Assembly (NCBI GenBank): GCA_020630065.1
Contig: JAHDCC010000001.1
Span: forward strand, 38,706-102,705
Origin: Acidimicrobiales bacterium
GTDB lineage: Bacteria; Actinomycetota; Acidimicrobiia; Acidimicrobiales; SZUA-35
Direction of reading: 5' to 3'
DNA: 64,000 nucleotides
The notes beneath the pieces were generated by a model that saw nothing but the letters and a program-made list of their open reading frames with translations, searched no databases and had not been told where the DNA came from. Of this stretch, positions 1 through 9,647 are shown one piece after another. A program made the translations under genes and the position numbers. How positions within the stretch are numbered: the first letter of the stretch is position 1; every line of letters begins with the position of its first letter.

Positions 1-7
1 AAATAAC

Positions 8-1171
8 ATGCCAACCTTTAGAGACATGCTGAGCGAGACCAAGTCCGCCATTACCGAAGTAGATACCGATCAAGCAGAAAAGCGCCGGGCAGAAGGTCAC
101 GTTATTCTTGACGTTCGAGAGCCAGACGAGACCGCACAGGGGACAATCCCTGGAGCGGTCACGCTCGTACGAGGAATGCTTGAAGCCTCTATCGAGAACC
201 GGATTCCCGACAAGTCGACTCCGATCATCGTCCACTGTGCTAGTGGAGTCAGATCGGCGTTTGCTGCCAAGACGCTAAACGAACTTGGCTACGCCGACGT
301 TGCCTCGATGGCGGGTGGATTCAACAAGTGGAAAGACGAAGGCCGAGAATGGAGCGTGCCTTCCACCCTCGATGAGGATCAACGGAATCGGTACAGCCGC
401 CACCTGCTTCTGCCCGAAATCGGTGAAGAGGGCCAGCTGAAGTTGCTTGACTCTAAAGTGCTTTTGCTTGGAGCCGGTGGTTTAGGATCGCCAGCAGCCC
501 TTTACTTGGCTGCTGCTGGCGTAGGAACCATCGGGATCATAGACATGGACGTCGTTGACGAGTCAAACCTCCAGCGACAGATTCTCCATAACCGAGATCG
601 TGTTGGTGAACGTAAGGTCGACTCAGCCAAGAAAACCCTGGTTGGTCTCAACTCTGATATCAACGTGGTTACCTTCGACGCCCGTCTCGGGGCAGACAAC
701 ATTATGGATATTCTGGCAGATTTCGACGTCGTTGTTGATGGCGCCGATAATTTCCCAAGTCGATACTTGCTCAATGACGCCTCGGTCAAACTAGGCATTC
801 CGGTCGTCCATGGTTCGATCTTCAGATTCGAAGGCCAGATCACGGTGTTCGACCCTCTCGACGGTCCGACCTATCGAGACTTGTTACCAGAACCACCGCC
901 TCCCGAACTCGCTCCCAGCTGTTCAGAAGCCGGCGTGTTGGGTGTTCTGCCCGGCATCGTAGGTTCCATTCAAGCACTTGAAGCAATCAAAGTACTTCTC
1001 GGGTTAGGAGACTCTCTGCGGGGTCGCTTACTTGCCTTTGACGCTTTGGAGATGAGCTTTAGAGAATTTAAGCTCAATATCGACCCAGACAACAAGGTGA
1101 CGTACGAAAACCGCGAGTCGATAGAAATCGTCGAACTCGACGGACTCTGCATGCCAAGTTTCACCCCGTAA
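8..1171 (+). CDS. moeB: MoeB/MoeZ-family sulfur-carrier adenylyltransferase with N-terminal rhodanese domain
   Basis: N-terminal rhodanese (DVREPDE, CASGVRS) fused to ThiF/E1 domain (RYSRHLLL, GAGGLG, SNLQRQ, GADNF, SCSEAG). Confidence 0.9.
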   Translation: MPTFRDMLSETKSAITEVDTDQAEKRRAEGHVILDVREPDETAQGTIPGAVTLVRGMLEASIENRIPDKSTPIIVHCASGVRSAFAAKTLNELGYADVASMAGGFNKWKDEGREWSVPSTLDEDQRNRYSRHLLLPEIGEEGQLKLLDSKVLLLGAGGLGSPAALYLAAAGVGTIGIIDMDVVDESNLQRQILHNRDRVGERKVDSAKKTLVGLNSDINVVTFDARLGADNIMDILADFDVVVDGADNFPSRYLLNDASVKLGIPVVHGSIFRFEGQITVFDPLDGPTYRDLLPEPPPPELAPSCSEAGVLGVLPGIVGSIQALEAIKVLLGLGDSLRGRLLAFDALEMSFREFKLNIDPDNKVTYENRESIEIVELDGLCMPSFTP

Positions 1172-1293
1172 ACCTACTCTCTAAGCACCTGACAGCTCGG
1201 TCGCAAATTGGCCGAACTGTTGGGTTTCTTAGTGCGGCGGGACCATACTTATGTGAGTTTTGTGCTCCCGTCAGATCCCGTCGGTAGTTTAGG

Positions 1294-2103
1294 ATGTACA
1301 TGTCAGAACAAGCAGTTAGTCACGAAGAACAGCCGGTCTCCGGTTCGCCTCGTGAGAATGCTATGCAAGCTACCCTCCAAGCTGGAAAAGAGCTTCTCAG
1401 GGAGCGTGGACCTGCGATAACACTGACCAACGTGCCCTTAGAGGAAGCGATTAATCTTGCCGGGTCCCCACGGGCTTCGGTGTACCGGGCATGGCAGGGT
1501 TACGGCGAGGGCGACAGCGCACGAGATAACTTCCATGAAGCCCTCGCCTGCTATTTGCTTGAAGAGGAGCTGGCAGGTGGACCTACAGCGGTTCTGTTTC
1601 TCGAACAGCAACTCGAAGCTTTCGTAGAGGCCTACCCGGCGGAGCGTCTGGCTTCACTGCCCGTAGAGGAACGTCAAGAACTATTACGTATGACCATCGC
1701 GTCGCTGGGTGTTCTTGCAGTCCAAACTACGGGCTCAAAGAGCTGGCATGCTCGAATAGCCGTCGCCGCCGCGATCGCGTCTCAACCAGAAGACCAAATA
1801 TCTCCGCGGCTTAAAGAGGCGTATCTTAGGGGCGAGCGTGAGGCGAGCGAACGATACCTTCCGCTTTACCAAAAAATGGCGTCCCACTTCGGCATGAGAA
1901 TCAAAGCAAAATACACGCTCAATCACTTTGCATCCGCTGTCCTTGGCCTTGCCGAAGGAACCCGGGCTCGTGAACTGTACCTTTCAAGCCACGTTCCGCC
2001 GCTCGACGAGACATGGGGCTTGTTCAACACCTCGGTTCTCGGTTTGGTACGCGAATACTTCGAAGCAGATCCAGAACACCCCCATCCAACGTTCCTGGCA
2101 TAG
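1294..2103 (+). CDS. hypothetical protein, TetR-like fold (possible transcriptional regulator)
   Basis: 269 aa ORF; N-terminal HTH-like segment (LEEAINLAGSPRASVYRAW) followed by an all-helical C-terminus. Confidence 0.55.
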   Translation: MYMSEQAVSHEEQPVSGSPRENAMQATLQAGKELLRERGPAITLTNVPLEEAINLAGSPRASVYRAWQGYGEGDSARDNFHEALACYLLEEELAGGPTAVLFLEQQLEAFVEAYPAERLASLPVEERQELLRMTIASLGVLAVQTTGSKSWHARIAVAAAIASQPEDQISPRLKEAYLRGEREASERYLPLYQKMASHFGMRIKAKYTLNHFASAVLGLAEGTRARELYLSSHVPPLDETWGLFNTSVLGLVREYFEADPEHPHPTFLA

Positions 2104-2115
2104 GGCTTTTGTCGC

Positions 2116-2847
2116 TTGTTCAGTTCTCGCCGTCCGAACAAGCCAATCCCACCCGATAGCTTCGTGGCGTACTACGGCGAAGGAGTGCGAGTTGTCGCGC
2201 CGCTTGTCGTTCCTGTCGTACCGTTTGGTCTGGTCCTTGGATACCTGATCACCCAAACACCCATAGATCAGTTCGCTGCGTGGTCATCATCGTGGATCGT
2301 GCTCGCCGGAGCAGCCCAACTCGCTGCGGTCGAACTTCTTGGAGAAGAGGCGTCAGCGGTAGTGATCATCACAACCGTGCTAGCGATCAATGCAAGACAC
2401 CTGCTGTATTCAGCAGCCATAAATACAAAATTTTCACAACTTCCGGTATGGTTCCGCGCCGTCGGAAGTTACTTCCTTCTCGACCAGCTATTCGCCGTCG
2501 TCGAGCCACTCCCTGCGAATATTCGACAAGAGCGCTTGATCGGAATCTGGTTGGGAGCCGGTTCGACGCTTTGGCTTGGATGGCAAACTTCGGTTGCGGC
2601 AGGCATCTGGATCGGGGACGTTCTTCCGACTGAATGGTCGTTGGGCTATGTGGTGCCCCTACTATTCGGTGGACTAATGGCGCTGAGTATTAGAAACACA
2701 GCCGGATTTGTTGCTGCAGGAACTGCAGGACTCGTAGCGGTCTTAGGGGCAAGTCTTCCGTCCGGAGTTGGCCTGGTTGTAGCGATTCTGGTAGGTGCTG
2801 TAGCGGGAGCAACTTTAGAGGCGTTTGGTGATGAACCCAATGCGTGA
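2116..2847 (+). CDS. azlC: AzlC-family branched-chain amino acid exporter subunit
   Basis: Motifs PFGLVLG, AGAAQL and INARHLLYS; hydrophobic helices. Confidence 0.88.
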   Translation: MFSSRRPNKPIPPDSFVAYYGEGVRVVAPLVVPVVPFGLVLGYLITQTPIDQFAAWSSSWIVLAGAAQLAAVELLGEEASAVVIITTVLAINARHLLYSAAINTKFSQLPVWFRAVGSYFLLDQLFAVVEPLPANIRQERLIGIWLGAGSTLWLGWQTSVAAGIWIGDVLPTEWSLGYVVPLLFGGLMALSIRNTAGFVAAGTAGLVAVLGASLPSGVGLVVAILVGAVAGATLEAFGDEPNA

Positions 2848-3145
2848 ATGGTTGATAATCGTTGGTGCTGGACTAGGCACCTATATGTCTCGGGCGTTGT
2901 TTCTGCTGCTCGGTGACAGAGTAACTATGCCGCCGTTTGTGAAACGATCGTTGCGCTATGTGGCTCCAGCAGCGTTCGCTGGGATCGTGGCTCCTGGTGT
3001 CTTGATAGGTGAAACGGGTACCGAAATCGAGAAAGTTCTGGCCATGATTGCAGCACTCCTAGTTGTGTGGAGAACCCGTAACTTGGTGGCTTGTATGATC
3101 GTTGGTATGGCCACACTATGGCTGCTTCAATGGCTAGGGCTGTGA
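2840..3145 (+). CDS. azlD: AzlD-domain exporter subunit
   Basis: GTYMSRA and LRYVAPA motifs; overlaps the azlC end; ATG at 2840 preferred over 2825. Confidence 0.85.
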   Translation: MREWLIIVGAGLGTYMSRALFLLLGDRVTMPPFVKRSLRYVAPAAFAGIVAPGVLIGETGTEIEKVLAMIAALLVVWRTRNLVACMIVGMATLWLLQWLGL

Positions 3146-3284
3146 TTTGAGGTCCCGATTCAGGTTTCTTGAGCGTCGGGCAGCAAAAAGCTAAGGCCGG
3201 TAATTTTTTCGACCGATACACCGTCCGGTGGGTAAAGAAACCGCCGCCGAATGTACCCTACGACAAAGCTTCCGGTGATCATAC

Positions 3285-4550
3285 ATGTTGCGTTGGACAG
3301 AGCTAGCCCGTCTGGCTGGCCTAGCTATTGGTGTCATGATGTTGGTCTCACTGATTCCTATTGGATCGGTATCTGCATCCCAACAGTCGATAACAAGCGG
3401 AACCCCGATTGACTCGTTGACAATTAGCGGCCGAGGATGGGGTCATGGGCGTGGCATGAGCCAGTACGGTGCTCTTGGGTACGCCTCTGCCGATCATTGG
3501 ACCGCTACCGAGATTCTGGATCACTACTACGGGGGTACATCCTCCGGCCCGATCCCGCCGTCGGCCGTTATCGACCCACTAGCCGTTCGCGTAGACCTGC
3601 GGTATATGCACGGCATTGATACGACCGTGTCAATTGGCGAAGGGGGATTGGAGCTTCTAGAAACGGACGGCTCAACAATCGCCAACATCGAACAGAACGC
3701 AGTTCGTCTTCGATCTGACGGGGCTGGCTTCGTATTGCAGACATCCGACTCGTGTGATGGCTCGTGGAGTACATCTCGTCGACTAGAGGAAACAACAATT
3801 CAGATCCGGTCGAAAGTTTCACAACAGCCTGGCTATGCCTCAGATCAGAAAGAACATTTATTGCGGGTTTGTGGCCCTACCTATGACGTGTGGTACGACG
3901 GGTCGATCCAGTCAACCACACAGGGGGGTGAAGCTAGGACAGTAAGCGTCGTGCCGGTAGAAACCTATCTGCGAGGTGTCGTTCCAAACGAAGCGTTTGC
4001 GTCGTGGCCAGAGGCATCGCTTCAAGCACAATCTGTAGCAGCTCGCTCCTACCTAATGGCGGGAGATCGTCGTCAACTGCCATACGCCGATACATGCGAC
4101 AATACCCGCTGTCAGGTCTACGATGGCCTTTTCAGTGAACGCCGTTCTAACCACACTTCGACACACCCCCGAACCGACAAAGCGATCGAAGAGACCGCTG
4201 GAGTTGTGAGAGTGAAGCCTTCAGGGCAAATCGCTCGCACCGAGTTTTCATCAAGCAGCGGCGGCTACACGGCAGGAGGGGACTTCCCAGCAGTTGAAGA
4301 TCGTGGTGACGCCCTTGGAGGGAACGTCAATCATTCGTGGACTGTACAGGTGAGTACCGACGCATTGGAGGCGTACTACAATTCTGGCGACCTTCTAGGT
4401 GTTGAGGTAACCAAACGAAACGGACTTGGGGCTTACGGCGGTCGAGCCGTCGAAGTAGTCTTCACGTTTGAAACGAAATCTGTAACCGTCAGCGGCAACG
4501 TTGCCCGTCAACGGTTGGGTCTCAAGTCCGACTGGTTTGTTGTCAACTAG
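3285..4550 (+). CDS. SpoIID/LytB-domain secreted protein (peptidoglycan lytic transglycosylase-like)
   Basis: Signal peptide; GWGHGRGMSQYGA, YLRGVVPNE, AQSVAARSY and CQVY motifs. Confidence 0.88.
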   Translation: MLRWTELARLAGLAIGVMMLVSLIPIGSVSASQQSITSGTPIDSLTISGRGWGHGRGMSQYGALGYASADHWTATEILDHYYGGTSSGPIPPSAVIDPLAVRVDLRYMHGIDTTVSIGEGGLELLETDGSTIANIEQNAVRLRSDGAGFVLQTSDSCDGSWSTSRRLEETTIQIRSKVSQQPGYASDQKEHLLRVCGPTYDVWYDGSIQSTTQGGEARTVSVVPVETYLRGVVPNEAFASWPEASLQAQSVAARSYLMAGDRRQLPYADTCDNTRCQVYDGLFSERRSNHTSTHPRTDKAIEETAGVVRVKPSGQIARTEFSSSSGGYTAGGDFPAVEDRGDALGGNVNHSWTVQVSTDALEAYYNSGDLLGVEVTKRNGLGAYGGRAVEVVFTFETKSVTVSGNVARQRLGLKSDWFVVN

Positions 4551-6352
4551 CGGTTCCCTGAGGCACCATTTCGCCGTTGTCCAAACCGAAGTGAACGCAA
4601 CGCGAGCCGCTTGTGGGCTGACGGTAAGGTTGGGATAATCGACCCGCCAGATTCCAATACTTCGGAACCTTGTTCCCAGATAGATCCCAGGTGTTGACCG
4701 TTAGGCAGTTCACTCCTGAGCTGAAGTGAACGAACCAGTCTGCTCTTTAGCGGGCGGCCTTCGTCTTGTTGGTCGGCGCTGCCTGCGGATCGTTCCCAAC
4801 GTGTCCAACCGTCGGTCAATCGTTGAGCCTCCGCGTAGGTAGGCGACTCGATTGTGCGTAACGCGGGCCAGCACAGTGATGCTGTTGTTGGGCCAAGATT
4901 GATCCATGGTTCGATATCTTCAGCGAATGCAACTATACCGATCGCAATTTCGTCTATTAGTCGCCGTATTTCGCGGTGCCCGATGGTTGACTGGCGGGGC
5001 GCCCCTAACAAGTTGATGAATTCGGAGCTTCGCATACGATCGGCGAGTTCGACGTTTCGGTTCGGCGAGAACGCCCAACCTTGCGTGTTTGAACTAGGGG
5101 AGTCCAAGAGGCCCAGACAGAAACCCGACACCGAAATTCCTAACTCTTTAGGGAGGATCGACTCAAGGTATGAGACGTTGTTGTCGTCCCATCCGAGGTC
5201 TAGAAGAGCGATATGGTCTCCTGGTTCGATCTTGTTGTCTTGTAGAAACTGTCCAATTTCAATTTCTGATGGATCTTGCCACATGTTGTGGCTTGGGCGA
5301 ATCCGGTCTGTTAACGCCGTGCCTACTCTGGAGACAAGTTCTTCTCCCAAATAAAGACGAGGGGCGACAATTACGTGGTCTGGGATGTTGCGCCGTGTCT
5401 GCCATGCGACCCAGCCAATGAATCCTGCCATCATCGGGCCGAGGGAGTAGTAGCCGACGTCGGCCGGGGTTACCTTGTCGGCCACTTTGGATTGATGATT
5501 CGCCGCTAACGACAACGCAACAGAGTCGACGCCGGTTCTGCGTTCGGCACACAATTCGACCGGTCCGGTTGTCACTGACTTCTCAGCGATCGACAGCCGG
5601 TCTGTTGAGGCGACGTTGATGTCGGCTGCTTGGGCCTCTCCAATGTGAAGAATTTGATGAGGCTGAAATGATGTTCGTTCAACGATGGAGGTGAACAGAC
5701 TGCCGTCTTGTTTTGTTCGACCCGTTTGTGAAGATAGGAACAGATACTCCCAGTCATATCCGGCTGAGCGTAACATCTTGGCAACCAGTCCGTGAGGGAG
5801 CGACGTGTCGGCTGTGAAAGCAACAGCTAGCCCTTTACGTCGAACTCGTTGATGGTAGGCCAAGATGTCGGGGTTAGCGACGGCTAGTTCTTGTTCGAGC
5901 TGAAGCTCTACTTGAATTGGTTTTTTGCCGAATAGTTCTGGTGGCAGGAACTCTTGTAACTCGGAGCTTATTTCGGCGATGCCAACTTCGGTTCGCCCGG
6001 CTTCGGCCGCCTTTTCTCGGGCCCGGTCTTCTGCGGCCTGGCGACAACTGACGTAGTGATCAACATTTTCAGCGGTTGTTAGTCCGATCCGGTTAGCGGT
6101 CAGAAAATGAACATCGCTAGGTTCAACGACTCGCCGTACAAGCGCTGTATCGAATATGTCAAAGCTAACCAGCCGGATGTGCCGATTGAGCAGTCTGTTG
6201 TTTCGACGCGGTCGAGCCGGTCCGTTAGGGGGAATTCTGGTTGTCACTGGAACTTTCGGATATTGCCTTCGCCTATCAATTATTACAAAATACAACCCCT
6301 TTGTTACGTCACGAAGGCGCTTTTTCTGGAAAAACCTCTGAAATAGCGCCAA
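4547..6352 (-). CDS. HAD-like hydrolase-domain protein associated with surface polysaccharide genes
   Basis: SFDIFDT (HAD motif I), FLSSQ..TK and HIGE motifs; start uncertain. Confidence 0.6.
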   Translation of the reverse strand: MALFQRFFQKKRLRDVTKGLYFVIIDRRRQYPKVPVTTRIPPNGPARPRRNNRLLNRHIRLVSFDIFDTALVRRVVEPSDVHFLTANRIGLTTAENVDHYVSCRQAAEDRAREKAAEAGRTEVGIAEISSELQEFLPPELFGKKPIQVELQLEQELAVANPDILAYHQRVRRKGLAVAFTADTSLPHGLVAKMLRSAGYDWEYLFLSSQTGRTKQDGSLFTSIVERTSFQPHQILHIGEAQAADINVASTDRLSIAEKSVTTGPVELCAERRTGVDSVALSLAANHQSKVADKVTPADVGYYSLGPMMAGFIGWVAWQTRRNIPDHVIVAPRLYLGEELVSRVGTALTDRIRPSHNMWQDPSEIEIGQFLQDNKIEPGDHIALLDLGWDDNNVSYLESILPKELGISVSGFCLGLLDSPSSNTQGWAFSPNRNVELADRMRSSEFINLLGAPRQSTIGHREIRRLIDEIAIGIVAFAEDIEPWINLGPTTASLCWPALRTIESPTYAEAQRLTDGWTRWERSAGSADQQDEGRPLKSRLVRSLQLRSELPNGQHLGSIWEQGSEVLESGGSIIPTLPSAHKRLALRSLRFGQRRNGASGNR

Positions 6353-6410
6353 ATAATTGCTTGATGTATTACGTTCTCGGTCAATAGATAGCGGCTACTA
6401 TGGTTGATCG

Positions 6411-7391
6411 ATGACTTCACTTCCAGATACCAAAGCCAGCCTGTCGCTGCAAGACGGGTCAGTCTATGTCGCCGGTCACCGAGGTTTAGTTGGATCGGCG
6501 GTCACTCGGGCGCTAGTCCAATCGGGGCACACAAACGTACTGACCGCCACTAGGGCCGAACTTGACCTTCGGAACCAGGCGGCGGTCATGTCCTGGTTCG
6601 AAAAGAATCAGCCGTCATATGTGGTGCTAGTTGCCGGGACTGTCGGTGGAATTATGGCAAACTCCACTCGACAGGCCGAGTTTCTCTACGACAATCTGAT
6701 GATTCATGCCACGGTGATCGAAGCCGCCCGGCAGACCAACGTCGACAAACTTTTGTATCTCGGAAGTTCGTGTGTGTACCCGCGATCGGCCACACAGCCA
6801 ATCACGGAAGATTCGCTCCTAACCGGCCCCCTGGAACCCACAAACGAAGGCTACGCGATAGCGAAGATATCGGGCATCAAACTCTGCCAGTTCTATCGAG
6901 AACAATATGGCTGTAATTTCATATCGGCCATGCCAACAAACCTCTACGGTCCAAACGACAACTTTGACTTGACGTCGAGTCATGTTCTGCCGGCGCTGAT
7001 GCGAAAGTTCCACGAAGCAAAGAAGGCTGGAACGCCACGCGTGCCTATTTGGGGCAGTGGTTCGGCAAAACGAGAGTTTCTTCACGTCGATGATCTGGCA
7101 TCTGCGTGTCTCCATCTGATGGAACACTACGAGGATTCCCGACTTATCAACGTCGGTACCGGAGTGGACTGCTCAATCAGAGAGTTGGCAGAAATGATCG
7201 GTTCGATCGTTTACCCCGAAGCCGAACTTGACTTCGATACTTCTAAACCCGACGGAATGCCTCGTAAAGTATTGGACGTTTCCCGGATCACCGAACTTGG
7301 TTGGAAACCATCAATCGAGCTGAGCGAGGGTATTCGACAAACCTATGAGTGGTATGTGGCGAACGAGCAGACTGCTCGCGGCGCCTCATAG
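6411..7391 (+). CDS. fcl: GDP-L-fucose synthase
   Basis: [45 protein letters not shown] and KPDGMPRK motifs. Confidence 0.96.
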   Translation: MTSLPDTKASLSLQDGSVYVAGHRGLVGSAVTRALVQSGHTNVLTATRAELDLRNQAAVMSWFEKNQPSYVVLVAGTVGGIMANSTRQAEFLYDNLMIHATVIEAARQTNVDKLLYLGSSCVYPRSATQPITEDSLLTGPLEPTNEGYAIAKISGIKLCQFYREQYGCNFISAMPTNLYGPNDNFDLTSSHVLPALMRKFHEAKKAGTPRVPIWGSGSAKREFLHVDDLASACLHLMEHYEDSRLINVGTGVDCSIRELAEMIGSIVYPEAELDFDTSKPDGMPRKVLDVSRITELGWKPSIELSEGIRQTYEWYVANEQTARGAS

Positions 7392-7415
7392 GCGTGTAAC
7401 TACAGACGGCGAAAT

Positions 7416-8648
7416 TTAGCCTTCTATAAGGGGAGTGTCGGTCGACAGCTTGAAGTCGAAGGCGACCCGCCCTCCGATAGCGCTGCTACTACTCACGTTG
7501 AAGCTCAATTTTTGATCTATCCGATGATATTCATCTGCTTCGTCGGGGCTTTGCAACACAAATGACGCCATATATTGGCCGTCGAGAAGTGGCAGGTTGT
7601 CGATTGTAAACTCGACGGTGTGTTCTTTCCCGCCCGCTTGACGTACGTCCAGGTCGCCTCCGGTGATGTCGGATGTTGAAATGTTGGTCAGCAACATTCC
7701 TTGATGGTCATGCAGCACGAGTCGAGCACGAACATAGTCGAGTTGAGGCTGGGTGGTGAATGAAGCGACAAAGGTGATGGTGTCGCCGGTCTTAAATTCG
7801 GTTTCTCCGCCGGGACCCCGAACAGCGGTTTGCTTTAACGAGGCAAGCGGCTCTCCATCTGGACCCACTGGGCGTTGGCCATGGTCGTCTGGGACCTGGT
7901 GGCCACGGTCTGCCAGGGACTGCCGGTATCGGGTCACCGCTTCATTGACGTCTCCGAAGTGGATCATCTTTCCTTGGTCGAGCACAACGGCTTCGTCGCA
8001 GAGAAAACGAACTTGTTCCGGCGAGTGGGTTACGAGCAGGATCGTGCGGCCTTCAGCTTGGAAACCGCGTACCCGTTCGATGCATTTGCGTTGGAACGCC
8101 TCGTCGCCGACGGCGAGAACCTCGTCGATAAGTAAAACGTCAGGTTCGAGGTTCACCGCGACAGCAAACCCCAGACGGGCGTACATTCCTGAACTGTAGT
8201 ACTTGACCTGGGTGTCAATGAACTCTGACAGCTCGGAGAACTCGACGATGTCGTCGAAGATTTTTTCGACGTGTTCCCGGGAAAATCCAAGAATGACACC
8301 GTTGAGGAAAATGTTTTCTCGACCGGTCAGGTCGGGGTGGAACCCGGCTCCTAACTCAAGCAAAGCAGATAGGCGACCTCTGACCCGGACAACCCCTTCG
8401 GAAGGGCGTACCGTCCCTGCAATGCATTTAAGAAGCGTACTTTTGCCGGAGCCGTTATGTCCGAGAACTCCCAACGTCTCGCCGGTCTTGACCGTGAAGT
8501 TGACGTCGGTCAACGCAGCGAAGTCTTCGACCACCGATTTCCGGTACGTCAAGAATCGTTCTTTGAACGTCTTCCCCGGCTCGGAGTGGGATCGAAATTG
8601 TTTGGAGACGTGATTAACGTCGATGGCGATATCTGCAAAGTCGACCAT
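7416..8648 (-). CDS. wzt: polysaccharide export ABC ATPase with C-terminal Wzt carbohydrate-binding domain
   Basis: GHNGSGKST, YSSGM signature, DEVLAVGD; C-terminal beta-rich extension. Confidence 0.92.
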   Translation of the reverse strand: MVDFADIAIDVNHVSKQFRSHSEPGKTFKERFLTYRKSVVEDFAALTDVNFTVKTGETLGVLGHNGSGKSTLLKCIAGTVRPSEGVVRVRGRLSALLELGAGFHPDLTGRENIFLNGVILGFSREHVEKIFDDIVEFSELSEFIDTQVKYYSSGMYARLGFAVAVNLEPDVLLIDEVLAVGDEAFQRKCIERVRGFQAEGRTILLVTHSPEQVRFLCDEAVVLDQGKMIHFGDVNEAVTRYRQSLADRGHQVPDDHGQRPVGPDGEPLASLKQTAVRGPGGETEFKTGDTITFVASFTTQPQLDYVRARLVLHDHQGMLLTNISTSDITGGDLDVRQAGGKEHTVEFTIDNLPLLDGQYMASFVLQSPDEADEYHRIDQKLSFNVSSSSAIGGRVAFDFKLSTDTPLIEG

Positions 8649-9553
8649 CAGATTTCTTCTCCCAGGTTGGCTTCTAGCCGGTCAAATATTTTGAAACCAA
8701 GCAGAAGAAGACCCATTGAAACCACGAAGGCCATACTAAGGTTTCCGACATACCAGAGTGTGCCTTCGTCGATCAGTATGCCAAACGTTTTTTCGTTGTC
8801 GATAGTACGCTCAAAGTTGGTTGGGTTGTACACCACACGATGGAACACCGTCACTACCGGAGTTAACGGGTTTATCATCGCCATACGCCCGATAGGAAGC
8901 TTGTCGGCCTGGCCAGCGTAGGGGTAAATAATTGGTGTCAGCCAGAACCAAACCATCAGCCCAAGTTCTAGAAAATGTTGGACGTCTCGAAAGTAAACAT
9001 TTAGCGCTGAAAGAAACAACCCCAGTCCGACGCTGAGTAACAGGGTCACCAAAATCGCCGGAATGGTGAGCCAAAGCATCGACCATTCGGGGGCTTGCCG
9101 GAACACGGCGAGACCAGTTAAGAGAATGATGAGCTGAAAGCAGAACGTGACGCAGTTCGCTCCGATCGAAGCCAAAGGCAAAATCTCTCGTGGAAACCAG
9201 ACTTTTTGTACGAGCGGTCCGTTGCTGGTTATCGAAGTCGTCGCGGCGGTAAGACCAACCGAAAATAGGTTGTAGACCAGCAGCCCGGAGAGTAGGTACA
9301 GCCCAAAGCGTTCTATCGGGGACTGGATAATAACTTTGAAGACGATTGTGTAAACCACCAGGTAGAGCAGAGGATTGAGTAAGGTCCATGCAAACCCGAG
9401 AACGCTGCCCTTGTAGCGAACTTTAAGTTCACGCTGGATTAGGCTCAGAAGCAGCTCTCGATAATTCCAGATGTCTGTCAAACGTTGGCGAAGACCGGCC
9501 GATCGCGTGCCATTCTCGAGGAGCGGTGGAGGTGAAAGTTCAGCAGTGGTCAT
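8648..9553 (-). CDS. wzm: polysaccharide export ABC-2 permease
   Basis: RELKVRYKGSVLG, FRDVQH and TPIIY motifs; coupled to wzt; ATG 9553 or TTG 9562. Confidence 0.92.
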   Translation of the reverse strand: MTTAELSPPPLLENGTRSAGLRQRLTDIWNYRELLLSLIQRELKVRYKGSVLGFAWTLLNPLLYLVVYTIVFKVIIQSPIERFGLYLLSGLLVYNLFSVGLTAATTSITSNGPLVQKVWFPREILPLASIGANCVTFCFQLIILLTGLAVFRQAPEWSMLWLTIPAILVTLLLSVGLGLFLSALNVYFRDVQHFLELGLMVWFWLTPIIYPYAGQADKLPIGRMAMINPLTPVVTVFHRVVYNPTNFERTIDNEKTFGILIDEGTLWYVGNLSMAFVVSMGLLLLGFKIFDRLEANLGEEI

Positions 9554-9647
9554 TCCTGCCAAGGCTAACCGATACTGTCAAAAGCTGGTGTTTTTGCGGG
9601 TATATCGAAATGCTCAAGCTGGTTGTTAACGTCGGCTGGTGGGGGGT

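Noticed and set aside
3185-3255. Possible sigma28-like promoter (TAAG-N16-ACCGATAC) upstream of the SpoIID-like gene
   Set aside because: The match is too loose to support without a genome-wide motif.
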